From: Paramicrosporidium saccamoebae KSL3
Lineage: Eukaryota; Fungi; Cryptomycota
Direction: 5' to 3'
Length of the DNA stretch: 32,000 nt
Assembly (NCBI GenBank): GCA_002794465.1
Contig: MTSL01000101.1
Span: 72,987 to 104,986, forward strand
The notes below the pieces were generated by a model. The model did not search any database, was not told where the DNA came from, and was given only the letters and a program-made list of their open reading frames with translations. Each line of letters starts with the position of its first letter. Positions within the stretch are counted from its first letter, which is position 1. Both the position numbers and the translations under genes were made by a program. This document shows, one piece after another, positions 10,412-20,632 of this stretch.

Positions 10412-11983
10412 TTACTTGCCTGGTTCTTGGGTTTCACTGTCGCAGACTATGCTGAGGCTTTGGAATGTTCCCTTTGATTTCACAAGCTGTTTCTGGATTT
10501 TAAGCGTCTCTGCAATGGCTCCAAAGGCGTCATTCCATGCACGACTATTCGGCAATTTAGACACATGATATCCATTATGGAAGTAGATGGTTAATGACGG
10601 CTTGTGCGCTGTAGTCGCAGCAATTGCAGCCGAGAGGGCCTTTAAGTTGATGGCAGCTAGACGAGCAGTGCGCATGTCCAGGAGCGGATAGAGATGTACA
10701 GACTCTATCGAGTTCTTGCCGCAGGCGTGTAAAAGAACGGCTTCGTATTGCAGCTGTACGAGACGACCAATCTTTTCACTATATTGTTGGTAGATATCTT
10801 GACATTCCTTTGGAATTTCTACACATTAGCACCACTAATAGGAGCTACTAATTCGCATAGAAAATGCTAGATCCATGGTGCTGGTGTTAGTTGCATCCGC
10901 CTCTGTCAGGTATCGTGCATCCGCTGAATCAACCTTGTGCGATTTCCGGACCTTTTCCCATATGACAATGCCGCCACTCGTCTCCAAGTCGGCGATAATC
11001 GCATCCAGCTCATTCTGCTCCAAATGTTCGCGTGTCAATGTAAGCGCATTATCGGGATGGTCTGGCAAGTGCTTGTAGGACCACTGATACGCCAAAGCAG
11101 AGTCGAAGTGGCTTCGGTCATACGCACTCAAAGTATGCCGCGAATTGAACACTCTCAGCGCCATTCCTGCCGCTGGTATGAAAGCACTTGCCGTCAGATG
11201 TCGAAGATTGATTCGGGAATAGTCCGTCGGGGTAAAGGATGGCTGTTCGAGCACCTGGAAAAGCACCCGTTTGCTGGGATCGATTTTAGCCAGCAGTTCG
11301 GGGGAGGAGAGCTGCTCCGAAACGGCATCGGTGGGGAAACGGGCAATAAATTCGCCCCGACGGGTCGACTGTGATTTAGCATGTGAGATACGAGCTTGCT
11401 CATGCCGAGTGCGTAGCTTTTTAAGAGAATAATACGACTCGATACCAGCAGTTGAGAGGGGCGAGGCAACAATCTTGTCAGGGTCCACAATATGGCCGTA
11501 GAAATCGGCTTGTGAGGCGTGGCATTTAATAACCGTATCGATCACTAAATAATAGTCAAACTCGCCATTTGGGGTACATTCACGACGAAATCTGCCGAGG
11601 TCGTCAGCCGAAGCGTGCTCTACTACCACCAACTCGTGTCCGTCCTCCGGTGGCTTGGAAAATGAAAAGACTACAGTAAGCATTAATTGTAGTGCTTACA
11701 AAAATCCCCGTCCTCGTCCTCACTGATCGGGCCAATATTGCCACTACAGTTTCAATAAAAGCCACCCCTTACAAGTTATGCTTGACCTTTGGCTAAAATG
11801 TTACAACAACCAACTTTTAGGTACCAATGCCAACTTGTCCTTTATAATGGTGGGACGGCCGGTGGTCCTCGAGCTCAAATGGAAGGTGAATTCCGGGTAC
11901 TGGTCGATCATTTCGGAGACCGAGGAAGACGACACCGTGCCATAGAGGATTGCCACCGTCACAGTTGCAAGGGGAATGTGCAT
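10412..11983 (-). CDS. Secreted protein B (~483 aa), paralog of A and C; exons 11983-11825, 11792-11773, 11743-11700, 11670-10849, 10818-10412
   Basis: Four GT-AG introns (32, 29, 29, 30 nt) join the 60-aa, 282-aa and 87-aa ORFs in one open frame. N-terminal signal-like sequence MHIPLATVTVAILYGTVSS. Confidence 0.75.
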
Positions 11984-12080
11984 TGTGGCGCAACAGCATC
12001 GATCGGCCGTTTAAATAGTCAAATCATACCATTGGTCCAATTGATCAATTAAACAATTTGGAATGTGCTTGGTCAAAATG

Positions 12081-12170
12081 TACTAATTGTGAGATAATAT
12101 GCTATATTGTGAGAGAGTACGCTATATTGTGAAAGAGTACGCTATATTGTGAAAGAGTACGATACATTAT
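12081..12170. repeat. 20-bp tandem minisatellite, about 4 copies
   Basis: GAGATAATATGCTATATTGT / GAGAGAGTACGCTATATTGT / GAAAGAGTACGCTATATTGT / GAAAGAGTACGATACATTAT at 12091, 12111, 12131 and 12151. Confidence 0.9.
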
Positions 12171-12396
12171 GTGATAGTATATCCAGAGACCAGGTGTTAA
12201 AGCCAATGTATAAAACGGGTTAAAAGTAGTGACGGGCCTTGTGCTACAAACTTCATATACAGTGAACTGGACTCTAGTCTTTATTGCCAGTACAAGCCTC
12301 GTGCATAATGGATTGAATTCTAATAGCCTTTACCACCCCCAATACAAGCTTCACTATGACTCTCAGTTCATAACATCTTTTATTAAGGCCTTCGGT

Positions 12397-13802
12397 CTAG
12401 AGACTCTCAAGAGCCGTATTAGCTGTAACCATATGCAACTGGACTCGAGTGTGCTCGTTGCGTTTTTCTGCAAAGTTTTGAAACGCATTTTCCACATAGT
12501 ATGTCTCGGTATTCTCGTTGTACGGTAACACAACGTAAATATGGGGCAAACGGTGCATCTTGGAGACATTGTAAATTGCCTTTTGCAGAGCATTCATGCA
12601 AATGGAAAAGGTGGCCTCGCCTGGATCCGAAAGGGTGCGAAGATACAGATTGCCTTGTAATTTCACGTGGACGGCCGCAAAAAGAGCCTTAACGTATTGA
12701 CCGTAGAAAAATTCGTCAATTTCGTTTTCAATACTCGCTATCGATTCAGCGTCCACTTTATGCGTATATAGACCCATACCAAAAACCACGGCGACGGAAA
12801 CCGGATTGCCTGTTTGATGCACATATTTCTTCTCCTTTGTAAAGACAGTCTGTGCTCCACTGATTATCGGTGTCGGCTGCATATTAATGTTATTCATTGC
12901 ACGACGTAGCTCCAACGACGAAATGTCTTCTTGTGTCGCATACAGGGCCGAATGGTCTCCCAGCCAAGGGAGTTCATGATTGATGCAACTTGGGACAGCC
13001 TTCTCCTCGATGAGGAGTTGTTGGTAGACGTGCGCAAGGGAAGCAAAGATTTTCATGGAAGGATGTCCATTGGAGACGGTGAGGTACAACGACCTCTGGA
13101 ACAGGCCGGGATGCAGTACCTGGAACATGCACTGCGTCGTGGCTACCTTTATAAAGTTGTCTGGCAGGAGCAGTCTATCTGCATCCTAAAATAAGTAATA
13201 GCAGATGTAGTCATACTTTATCCATGGCCCAGAGTAGAGAGACGCTCGTCTCAAACGTATTCTCACCACCAACCGAGTACGCTTGGATCAGGTCATTTTT
13301 CGCCACATATTCAAACTGACCAAGCCGATTCGAAAACTGAGAATTTAGAAACGTCATTGTTGATATTTGGCTCAATGAATATTCTCTGCCTCGATCTACT
13401 GCTGCACAAGAGTCGGTTGCTTTCAGCGCCATAGAGGGAGGTGGGTCGTCTTTGTGGAGACGAACTACAGCTTAGGGATAACACTAAGAATCATACGGTA
13501 ATCCTGATATGCCTTCAAATCAGTCTCGTCGGCTGATTCAACCATCACACACGTCGTTGAAAGCTCTGCCATGAATTCTACACGAGTTGACTACCCGTGT
13601 AAACACCAAAATTACCAAATCTGTCACTCTTATTCTCAACAATTTCTGACATTCCCAAAACATCACGAGGTTGTATATCTAGCTCCCATTGAGCCGTCCC
13701 TGGGACCAAGGGCACAGTAGTACGATTTTCATTCGTGAGCAGCGTGACTCGGAGGACTCCTGATGCTGCTACCAACCCCACTAACCCAAAAATGAGCATC
13801 AT
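12397..13802 (-). CDS. Secreted protein C (~434 aa), paralog of A and B; exons 13802-13616, 13577-13497, 13464-13217, 13185-12397
   Basis: GT-AG introns of 38, 32 and 31 nt join the 74-aa, 73-aa and 243-aa ORFs in frame. Signal peptide MMLIFGLVGLVAASG. The 3' end could extend through one more intron. Confidence 0.75.
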
Positions 13803-13818
13803 TTCGACTCGCCGGGGT

Positions 13819-14463
13819 ATGGCTGAACAGTTGGAGCGCCAGCACGTCCGTAACGTTTATGACGACATTGCGGGACACTTTAGTGCAACGCGCTACAAAG
13901 CGTGGCCGGTTGTGGACAGGTTTGTCCGAGACCGAGAAAGGGGTTCGGTGGGAGTGGATGTTGGCTGTGGGAATGGAAAGAACATGCTGATTCGAGACGA
14001 CTTGCACATTACTGGATTTGACCTGTCCATTGAGCTACTCCGGATTTGTCAAGCGCAGGGCTTTGAGACGGTACAGGGAAACATGCTTTCTCTTCCCTTC
14101 CGCACTGAATCTCAAGAATTTGTCCTTTGCATTGCAGCACTCCATCATCTTGCGAGTGAGGAACGTCGGAGACAGGCTGTGCAGGAAATGGCCCGTATTT
14201 TGACTTTGGGTGCTGAAGTATTGATATATGTTTGGGCCTTGGAACAGCCGTCCTCCTCCTCCCTGTATCGCCACCAGCTGCAATATCTCTCCGAAGACCA
14301 ACAGGACGTCCTGGTACCCTGGAAGACGGGCGATGAGACGCAATTGCGCTATTATCATCTTTTCCGCCAGGGCGAATTGGAAATGCTACTGACCGAGGCC
14401 CATCTTCATCCCGTCTACAGCGGCTATGACCGTGACAATTGGTACGTTTGTGCACGCAAATAG
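13819..14463 (+). CDS. TRM9: tRNA wobble-uridine methyltransferase (Trm9/ALKBH8 MT domain)
   Basis: LERQHVRNVYDDIAGHFSATRYKAWP, DVGCGNGKN, CIAALHHL, LIYVWALEQ, RYYHLFRQGEL, YDRDNW. An upstream in-frame ATG exists at 13792. Confidence 0.92.
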   Translation: MAEQLERQHVRNVYDDIAGHFSATRYKAWPVVDRFVRDRERGSVGVDVGCGNGKNMLIRDDLHITGFDLSIELLRICQAQGFETVQGNMLSLPFRTESQEFVLCIAALHHLASEERRRQAVQEMARILTLGAEVLIYVWALEQPSSSSLYRHQLQYLSEDQQDVLVPWKTGDETQLRYYHLFRQGELEMLLTEAHLHPVYSGYDRDNWYVCARK

Positions 14464-14464
14464 T

Positions 14465-15271
14465 TTATTTTTGCGAATCCACAAATGCAGCCCGCACCTT
14501 TCGGAGGAACGCAAAAAAGTCGCCTCCCGCATTTAGCTCATCCAGCAGCGTTGACAGTTGTGGAATCATGGGCTCACAGGACTGCACCCGGAAACGGTTG
14601 GTGGAAATGTCAATGAGAATGCTGAAACGTCGTTCCCAGTCGGCAGGATCAATGTATTTGAAGGAGAAGCGAGTTAGTCCCTCTACATATTAGTTGATGC
14701 GACAGGTGCACCAGCGACAGTATCGACATAAAGACCCATCTTTTCTTGACTCAGAATAGCAGCGAGTTGTTCCTTTAACAGACTGTTCTGTGCTTCCTGC
14801 TCTCTCTGCTCCAACACTGCGCCATAAGGAAATGTAACTATGTGTACCAGTGACTTCCCGACTAAGCTTCTCCTTCAATAAATTCACCTGGTCACGCGTC
14901 TCATTGAGTTTGCGTGCTAGCAGATTGCGCTGCGAGTCCAAGTCTTGATTGTATTTTACACCCTCCTCAAACTCTTTCTGTTCCGCCTGCAATTCTAGCG
15001 AATAAACACAATGCGCATGAATTACCCGCCACGACGCTTTGTCGTTTGTGGACCAATCCGGCAAGCTGTTTCTTCATTCCCTCCACCGCATCTACCATCA
15101 TAGTGCAACTACATTGTTACCATGTTCCTGCTCCAGCGTCCGGAGATATTCCTCCTTGTCACTGGTTAGTACGGCCCGTCTTCCCGCTAGCCAACTGCCA
15201 AACAGCGCACCAAACTCGCTTAGCTCCGTTTTCATCTCTTCAAAATGCTGCTGCAGGGCGAGAGTGTGCAT
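14465..15271 (-). CDS. SPC25: Kinetochore Ndc80-complex subunit Spc25, 5 exons
   Basis: Coiled-coil N-terminus (MHTLALQQHFEEMKTEL...) spliced through four short introns to MGLYVDTVAEGLTRFSFKYIDPADWERRFS...CEPMIPQLSTLLDELNAGGDFFAFLRKVRAAF. Confidence 0.85.
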
Positions 15272-15362
15272 GGCCGATTCAGACCGCGAGTCGGATGGTC
15301 CTGCCCATTCGGTGGAGTGTGATTTCCGTAGCATTCCCGCCCTGGAGGATCCAATCAGCGCT

Positions 15363-15812
15363 ATGAGAACCGAAGAGTTTGAGGAAGCCGTCATGCAGTT
15401 GGTGGCATGGACCCGCGAATACAATTTGGATGCCAAAAAAACTGTCAGCATTAGTGCTGTAGACATTCACAAGTGCTATGCAACCACCTCATCAGTGTAT
15501 CTCCAATTGGACAATGATGTCCAAGTGTTTTACTCACCCTCCTTCCAAGTTCCAGTCCTTTACTTTCCATATAATACCAAATCAACTGAGTTTGGAGAGG
15601 GGAAAATCAGCTACACGGAACACCCCATCACAGGACTTCCGTGTCTGTTCCTACATCCCTGCCAAACAGCCGCCGTAATGAAGGAAATGCCATTTGTTGA
15701 AAACTATCTCTGGGCCTGGCTTGCTGTATATGTCAAAGACGTCCCAGCCCTAACAATTCCAATGGAATTCTTTTCAAAATCGCCCAGGTCCATCAGTGGG
15801 GGGACGGGTTAA
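15363..15812 (+). CDS. ATG10: Autophagy E2-like conjugating enzyme Atg10
   Basis: MRTEEFEEAV start, YSPSFQVPVLYF, ISYTEHPITGLPCLFLHPCQTA (catalytic HPC), YLWAWL. An alternative in-frame ATG lies at 15270. Confidence 0.88.
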   Translation: MRTEEFEEAVMQLVAWTREYNLDAKKTVSISAVDIHKCYATTSSVYLQLDNDVQVFYSPSFQVPVLYFPYNTKSTEFGEGKISYTEHPITGLPCLFLHPCQTAAVMKEMPFVENYLWAWLAVYVKDVPALTIPMEFFSKSPRSISGGTG

Positions 15813-15962
15813 CTGTTCTTAACCAAGAATCAAAAGAATTCCATTGGAAGAAAGCTCTTACTCAATCTTGGTCTCTCTGGCAAGTCTGATGGAAGAAGTA
15901 CGTGACTCGATCCTAGTCCACAGTCTAAAGGGTACTAACTGTTATGAAACATTCGCTTATGA

Positions 15963-16180
15963 TTGGCAATCCTGATGTCACGTAGTGAGGATGATACCAC
16001 GGACTTTGTCAGACGAAAAGGGGAATTAGTTCACTGCTAATCCTAGAACAGTATGGATACACATCGCAGTCCTCAAGTGCTCGGCTAATCGATACACCTT
16101 ATCGTGCAAATACATCTTCTCCAAACTAGGGAACCATCCTCAAATACCCGACTAATCAATTCTCTGCCTCTACGTCACAC
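15963..16180. repeat. Dispersed intergenic repeat, copy 1
   Basis: Collinear similarity to 24190-24410 (same strand) and 20511-20632 (opposite strand). Confidence 0.7.
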
Positions 16181-16329
16181 TGATAAATATCCTAGAATTC
16201 ATCCCAGTCATATTGAGAATGGCACCTTTAATGGGATTATTTGATGAGATAGATTACTCTCGCTATTGCAATTCAGCAAACCCCTCAACCATCATGGGAA
16301 ATTTATGAAATCTACTCACTACCACTGCA

Positions 16330-17754
16330 TTATTGGGATTGTGTTTGGAACCCCTGAACAACCGCCTTGTCCTTCAAAAGATTAACGACAGTTAGGACTC
16401 CATTGCTGCCGGCCAAACTGACCAAATTGGGAGCATCGAAGCAGAATGCGCCACAGAATACCTTTCCCACGCCAACATCTCGGGAGGCCACACAGGCCAC
16501 CTGTCCTCGCGTATTCCACAACTTTACAGTTTTGTCAGCCGACACGGTCAACAGACAATCCGGCAAGGACGGGTTCCAATCAATTGCAGTGACGGGCTTT
16601 GGATGGGCCGCCAGGATGAACAAGGGATCACTATTCGAACCGGCCCGGGTGTCATAATATGTGACCCGACCACTCTCGTCACTGACAGCAAAACAGTGCG
16701 GCTGGTGAGGGTTCCATCGGAGACATTCGGGATCAGCGTGCAGGTTCCATGTAAGAGCATCGCTTGGCATTCGGCAGTCCAGTGACACAACTTTGTGATC
16801 ATAGCCAGCCGATGCAAAAATCGAGGCTTCTGTTGGGTTCCATTGTAGTGCTTGCACCTATGAAATAAAAAATCAACTCGACAGTAATACCTTTCCGGAA
16901 TGGTGCTCCAACGACCGCAGAGCCTTTGCCTGGCTGAGATCCCACAACTTGACTGTCGTGTCAGCCGAGCCTGAAAGCAAAAAGCTCGTATGCAGACGGT
17001 TCCAAGATAAGGTCATTACTGCATCCGTGTGCATCTCGGCATTGGTGGTGGTGGCCTTCTTGGACTTTTTGCCTTTTTTGGACTTGCCTTTTTCGGTCTG
17101 GCCCAGGACGAGGGTGGGGTAGGGGACTTCCAGGACGTCCAGGTTCCAGACTTCAATTTCGGGCTCAAAGGTACCGACAGCTGCAAAATTGCCACCCGCA
17201 CTGCCGTCGAGGGAGGTGCCAATCCATTCTGTGCACAGTGGGAATGACGGCAACATGATGTCGTGGTGGACGTACAAGTTGTCGTCCTCCTCCTCATAGA
17301 CATAGACTTCCAGACAGGAAATGTCATCTTCGGTGCGACAGGCTAGCAGGATATTGTCGGTGGGTCGGATATTCAAGTCATCCAAATCCTCCTCATCCAC
17401 CTCAGATTCCTCCTCCGGCTTGAGATATTCGTCCTCGCCCAGAGCAGCATCATCCACGTTAGACATGGCCTGCAGCAAATCTTCCTCATCCAAATCCTCT
17501 TCGTCACTATACCCCTCCAAGTTGAATCTGGCCAGATCCTCTTCCATAGTGTCCACCTTTCTAAGAAATTAGCCATGACGAAAAAGGTACGTTTCAGCGA
17601 CTTCAGTCTTTGCGAGCTTGAGCGACTCTTTGGCGTCCTCGATTTCAAATTTCGCGCGGCTCATAATGTCGGCATACTGCTCTTCGGTCATTTCGAAGCG
17701 TTCAGGCGTGGACGCCGCTGCACCTTTGCGGATCCAGGCTGTGGCCGAAATCAT
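16330..17754 (-). CDS. PWP1: Periodic tryptophan protein 1 (WD40), 3 exons
   Basis: MISATAWIRKG start, LEVYVYEEEDDNLYVHHDIMLPSFPLCTEW, AVGTFEPEIEVWNLD, HTDAVMTLSWN, LSGSADTTVKLWDL. Confidence 0.95.
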
Positions 17755-17797
17755 CCCAGACTTCTATGAACCCTGGTCGCCGGTTGACAAAGTCTGT

Positions 17798-18911
17798 TTA
17801 TACACCACTGTCGGCTACAAAGGTCCAGTGATCACGTACCTCGTGTGGTGGGGCCCATCTAGACGTTACTACGGTTTGTGGCGATACAAGTATAATAGTC
17901 TACTGGATTTGTAGGCATCGGGAAGCAGTTCTTCAATGAACTGCAATGAGAGCTTGGGCCGTCTTTGATTCGACGAGGCTGGCTTGACAAAATCAAATAT
18001 ACAATCTGGATTTCTCTGATGTCTAATGGTTTGGGAATCACCAACCTGTCGGAGTGAGCATAAAGAATGGGTCTACCTTGCGGAATATCATCAGAGTGGA
18101 ATGAGAGCATCCAAAAACGGGTCCACTCCGAGTATGGATCCGATTATTGATAGTCTTGCCAATCCAGACTGCATTTTCGACATAGTTGAAGCCCCAGGCC
18201 GTCACTACATCGACCAGATCAGCAAGATATTCAGTTTCTATCCAGATGAAGAGGAATCCCCCAGTCATGACACCAGGGAGTGATAAGGTGGCAAAAGATC
18301 CTTTGGGAGTGTTCTCCTCAGAAAACGGGGGATCCATGACCACTCCAAGCCAATCAGTAGACTCCAGGATGCGCAGATCAGGACTATTACAGAGGTTGGT
18401 GGGGAGATTCAAAGTTAATTTTTCACCAAAGCTTTGAGGATTGGAATCAATGATGAGAGCCCATGATCTGCTGAGTGGATCGGGTAAATTCAACACCATT
18501 GTGCCGCTCGGCGACCTTGGAGATTTTAGAGATTTGTCTTTGACAAGAGGCAATGACCCAACACCTCTCCGCTTAGTAGTCGGCATCCTATCGGGCTCAT
18601 CATCCGAGAGCTCTGCCTCTTCTGCGCTCTCAACCAACTCGTCTTCTGCAACATCCAACTCATATCCGTCACCCCATTGTACAGACTTTACGGTAAACGA
18701 ACTCGTCTGCACAAACACTTGATGTAATTGGGTGTCATTGAGCGGCTTGCCCGCGTCTTGTATTCGGTCGAGTTCTTCAAACTTTTTCATGATGGCACTG
18801 ATTGATTCTTCATCTTCCACATAGCCAACATAGTGTGTGGGACTATAGCATATTACAAGGAGGAGATTAAAGTTACTCAATAGTAGGTGGACGAGCACAT
18901 GCTCTCCTCAT
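17798..18911 (-). CDS. MT-A70 family adenine methyltransferase-like protein (AMT6/7, MTA9-like), 4 exons
   Basis: Spliced product: MRRACARPPTIDPTHYVGYVEDEESISAIMKKF...VVMDPPF...GFLFIWIE...WGFNYVENAVW...LMIFRKVGDSQTIRHQRNPDCIFDF...EELLP...LLYLWAPPHEVRDHWTFV. Three GT-AG introns of 34, 31 and 29 nt. Confidence 0.8.
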
Positions 18912-18989
18912 CCTGGAACAGTATATAATTTCTGCATAACCTTTCAGAGTGGGACAGGGACGAAATTATTGCCACGGGAATTGCCGCGA

Positions 18990-19075
18990 AATCACATGAA
19001 TAGATTCCTAGAATCACACGGATAGATTCCTCTTGTGGAAAATCACATGAATAGATTCCTCTTGCGGAAAATCAC
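18990..19075. repeat. 22-29 bp tandem repeat (AATCACATGAATAGATTCC core) in a divergent promoter region
   Basis: Units at 18990, 19012 and 19041, plus a partial unit at 19070, between the MT-A70 ATG (18911, minus) and the ESA1 ATG (19125, plus). Confidence 0.85.
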
Positions 19076-19124
19076 TATCAGGGCAAAATTCCATAAATGT
19101 CCACGGGCCAGGATTGTTTCTGCA

Positions 19125-20492
19125 ATGACGGCTGAAGAATTTTCACTGTCGCTGGACACGGACGGCGTTGTCCTGAAACCCGGCACCAAATTGCAGGTGC
19201 AGAACAACATTGACGGCCAACACTTTTACCACCGCGCCGAAATCATGTCCACCCGGCTGGGCGACACGGGAATGGAATATTATGTGCATTACATTGACTT
19301 TAACAAGCGTTTGGACGAATGGGTTACAGTCGGCAGAATGGACTTGTCAACGGCAGAGGTGCCGAATGTACCAGAAAAGGTGGCCAACAAGACGCCAGCG
19401 AGTAAGAAACGGAAACGGGAGAAGGAACGACGGGGACGAAAGGTGGAGAGGGAGACTTTGGAGCTGGGACGGTCACCTTCGATCCTGTCCAGCTGCTCTG
19501 ATGCACCGTCTCAATCAATGACCGAACTGAGCAAGACGCAGGAATTGGAAAAGCTGCGACGTGGTGGTTCCATGACGCAGCGTCTCGAGGAGGTGGCACG
19601 AGTGAAGAATATTGACAAAATCGAGATGGGAGCCCACGTTGTGCGCACATGGTACTTTTCATCCTATCCGCAGGAGATTTGTGGCACCACCGGTGACTCG
19701 ACCGTCTTTATCTGTGAATTCTGTCTTGGCTACTTTGGCACAAAGTCGGATTTGACACGACATTGTCAGAAATGCACTGTGCACCATCCGCCCGGGACAG
19801 AGATTTACCGTGGAGGCGGCTTTTCGTTCTGGGAATTGGACGGCCACAAACAAAAGACATATTGTCGGAATCTGTGTCTTTTGTCAAAGCTGTTTCTGGA
19901 TCACAAGACGCTCTTCTATGACGTTGATCCGTTTCTCTTCTATGTCCTGACTGAAAATGATGCCCGCGGCTGCCACTTTTTGGGCTACTTCTCCAAGGAA
20001 AAAGAGTCGGCGGACAATTATAATGTCGCCTGCATTCTCACCCTCCCCCAACACCAGCGGAAGGGCCACGGGAAGCTGCTGATCGACTTTAGTTACGAAC
20101 TGACGAAACGGGAGGGCAAGGTTGGGTCGCCGGAAAAGCCACTGTCCGATTTGGGACTTTTGTCATATCGGTCGTACTGGAGCGAGACTCTTGTGTCTCT
20201 TTTCATGCTCGAGCTGGAGAAACAGGGCCCCAATGTCTCCGATGACGCCCGCTTTTCCATCTCCATCGAGCAGCTTAGTAAGGCCACCGGCTTTACCTGC
20301 GAAGACATTATACACACCCTTCAGGCAATGGATGCGTTGCGCTACCGACGCGGCCAACACATTGTGGTGTTGTCGGAGAAACATGTGGCAGATTACGAAA
20401 AGAATCGCAAAAGACAGAGGGCAAAGATTGAGCCCAAGCTGATGCAGTGGACGCCTCCTGCCTTTACCGCCGCCCAACTGCGCTTCTTATAA
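19125..20492 (+). CDS. ESA1: MYST histone acetyltransferase Esa1/Tip60
   Basis: Tudor-knot YYVHYIDFNKRLDEWV, C2HC finger FICEFCL, YCRNLCLLSKLFLDHKTLFYDVDPF, NVACILTLPQHQRKGHGK, GSPEKPLSDLGLLSY. Confidence 0.97.
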   Translation: MTAEEFSLSLDTDGVVLKPGTKLQVQNNIDGQHFYHRAEIMSTRLGDTGMEYYVHYIDFNKRLDEWVTVGRMDLSTAEVPNVPEKVANKTPASKKRKREKERRGRKVERETLELGRSPSILSSCSDAPSQSMTELSKTQELEKLRRGGSMTQRLEEVARVKNIDKIEMGAHVVRTWYFSSYPQEICGTTGDSTVFICEFCLGYFGTKSDLTRHCQKCTVHHPPGTEIYRGGGFSFWELDGHKQKTYCRNLCLLSKLFLDHKTLFYDVDPFLFYVLTENDARGCHFLGYFSKEKESADNYNVACILTLPQHQRKGHGKLLIDFSYELTKREGKVGSPEKPLSDLGLLSYRSYWSETLVSLFMLELEKQGPNVSDDARFSISIEQLSKATGFTCEDIIHTLQAMDALRYRRGQHIVVLSEKHVADYEKNRKRQRAKIEPKLMQWTPPAFTAAQLRFL

Positions 20493-20510
20493 ACTGTAAT
20501 ATTATTTGAA

Positions 20511-20632
20511 GCAGAGGATTGATTAGTTGGGTATTTGAGCCTAGTGGGAGCTGTATCCTTGCGATTTTAAGATTAGCAGCGAACGATATCTCATCTCGCC
20601 TCTTCACGCCTGATATTCCCACTACGCGACAT
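20511..20632. repeat. Dispersed intergenic repeat, copy 3 (inverted, internally deleted)
   Basis: GCAGAGGATTGATTAGTTGGGTATTTGAG, GATTAGCAGCGAAC and CCCACTACGCGACAT match the reverse complement of copy 1 in the same order. Confidence 0.65.

Noticed and set aside
12081-12170. Possible CRISPR array
   Set aside because: Repeats are head-to-tail with no unique spacers, there are no cas genes, and the context is eukaryotic.
15039-15269. N-terminal extension of the 257-aa ATG10 ORF
   Set aside because: Non-ATG start and antisense to SPC25 exons 1-2.
19035-19124. N-terminal extension of the ESA1 ORF (MENHMNRFLL...)
   Set aside because: Derived from the promoter tandem repeat; conserved ESA1 sequence starts near 19125.
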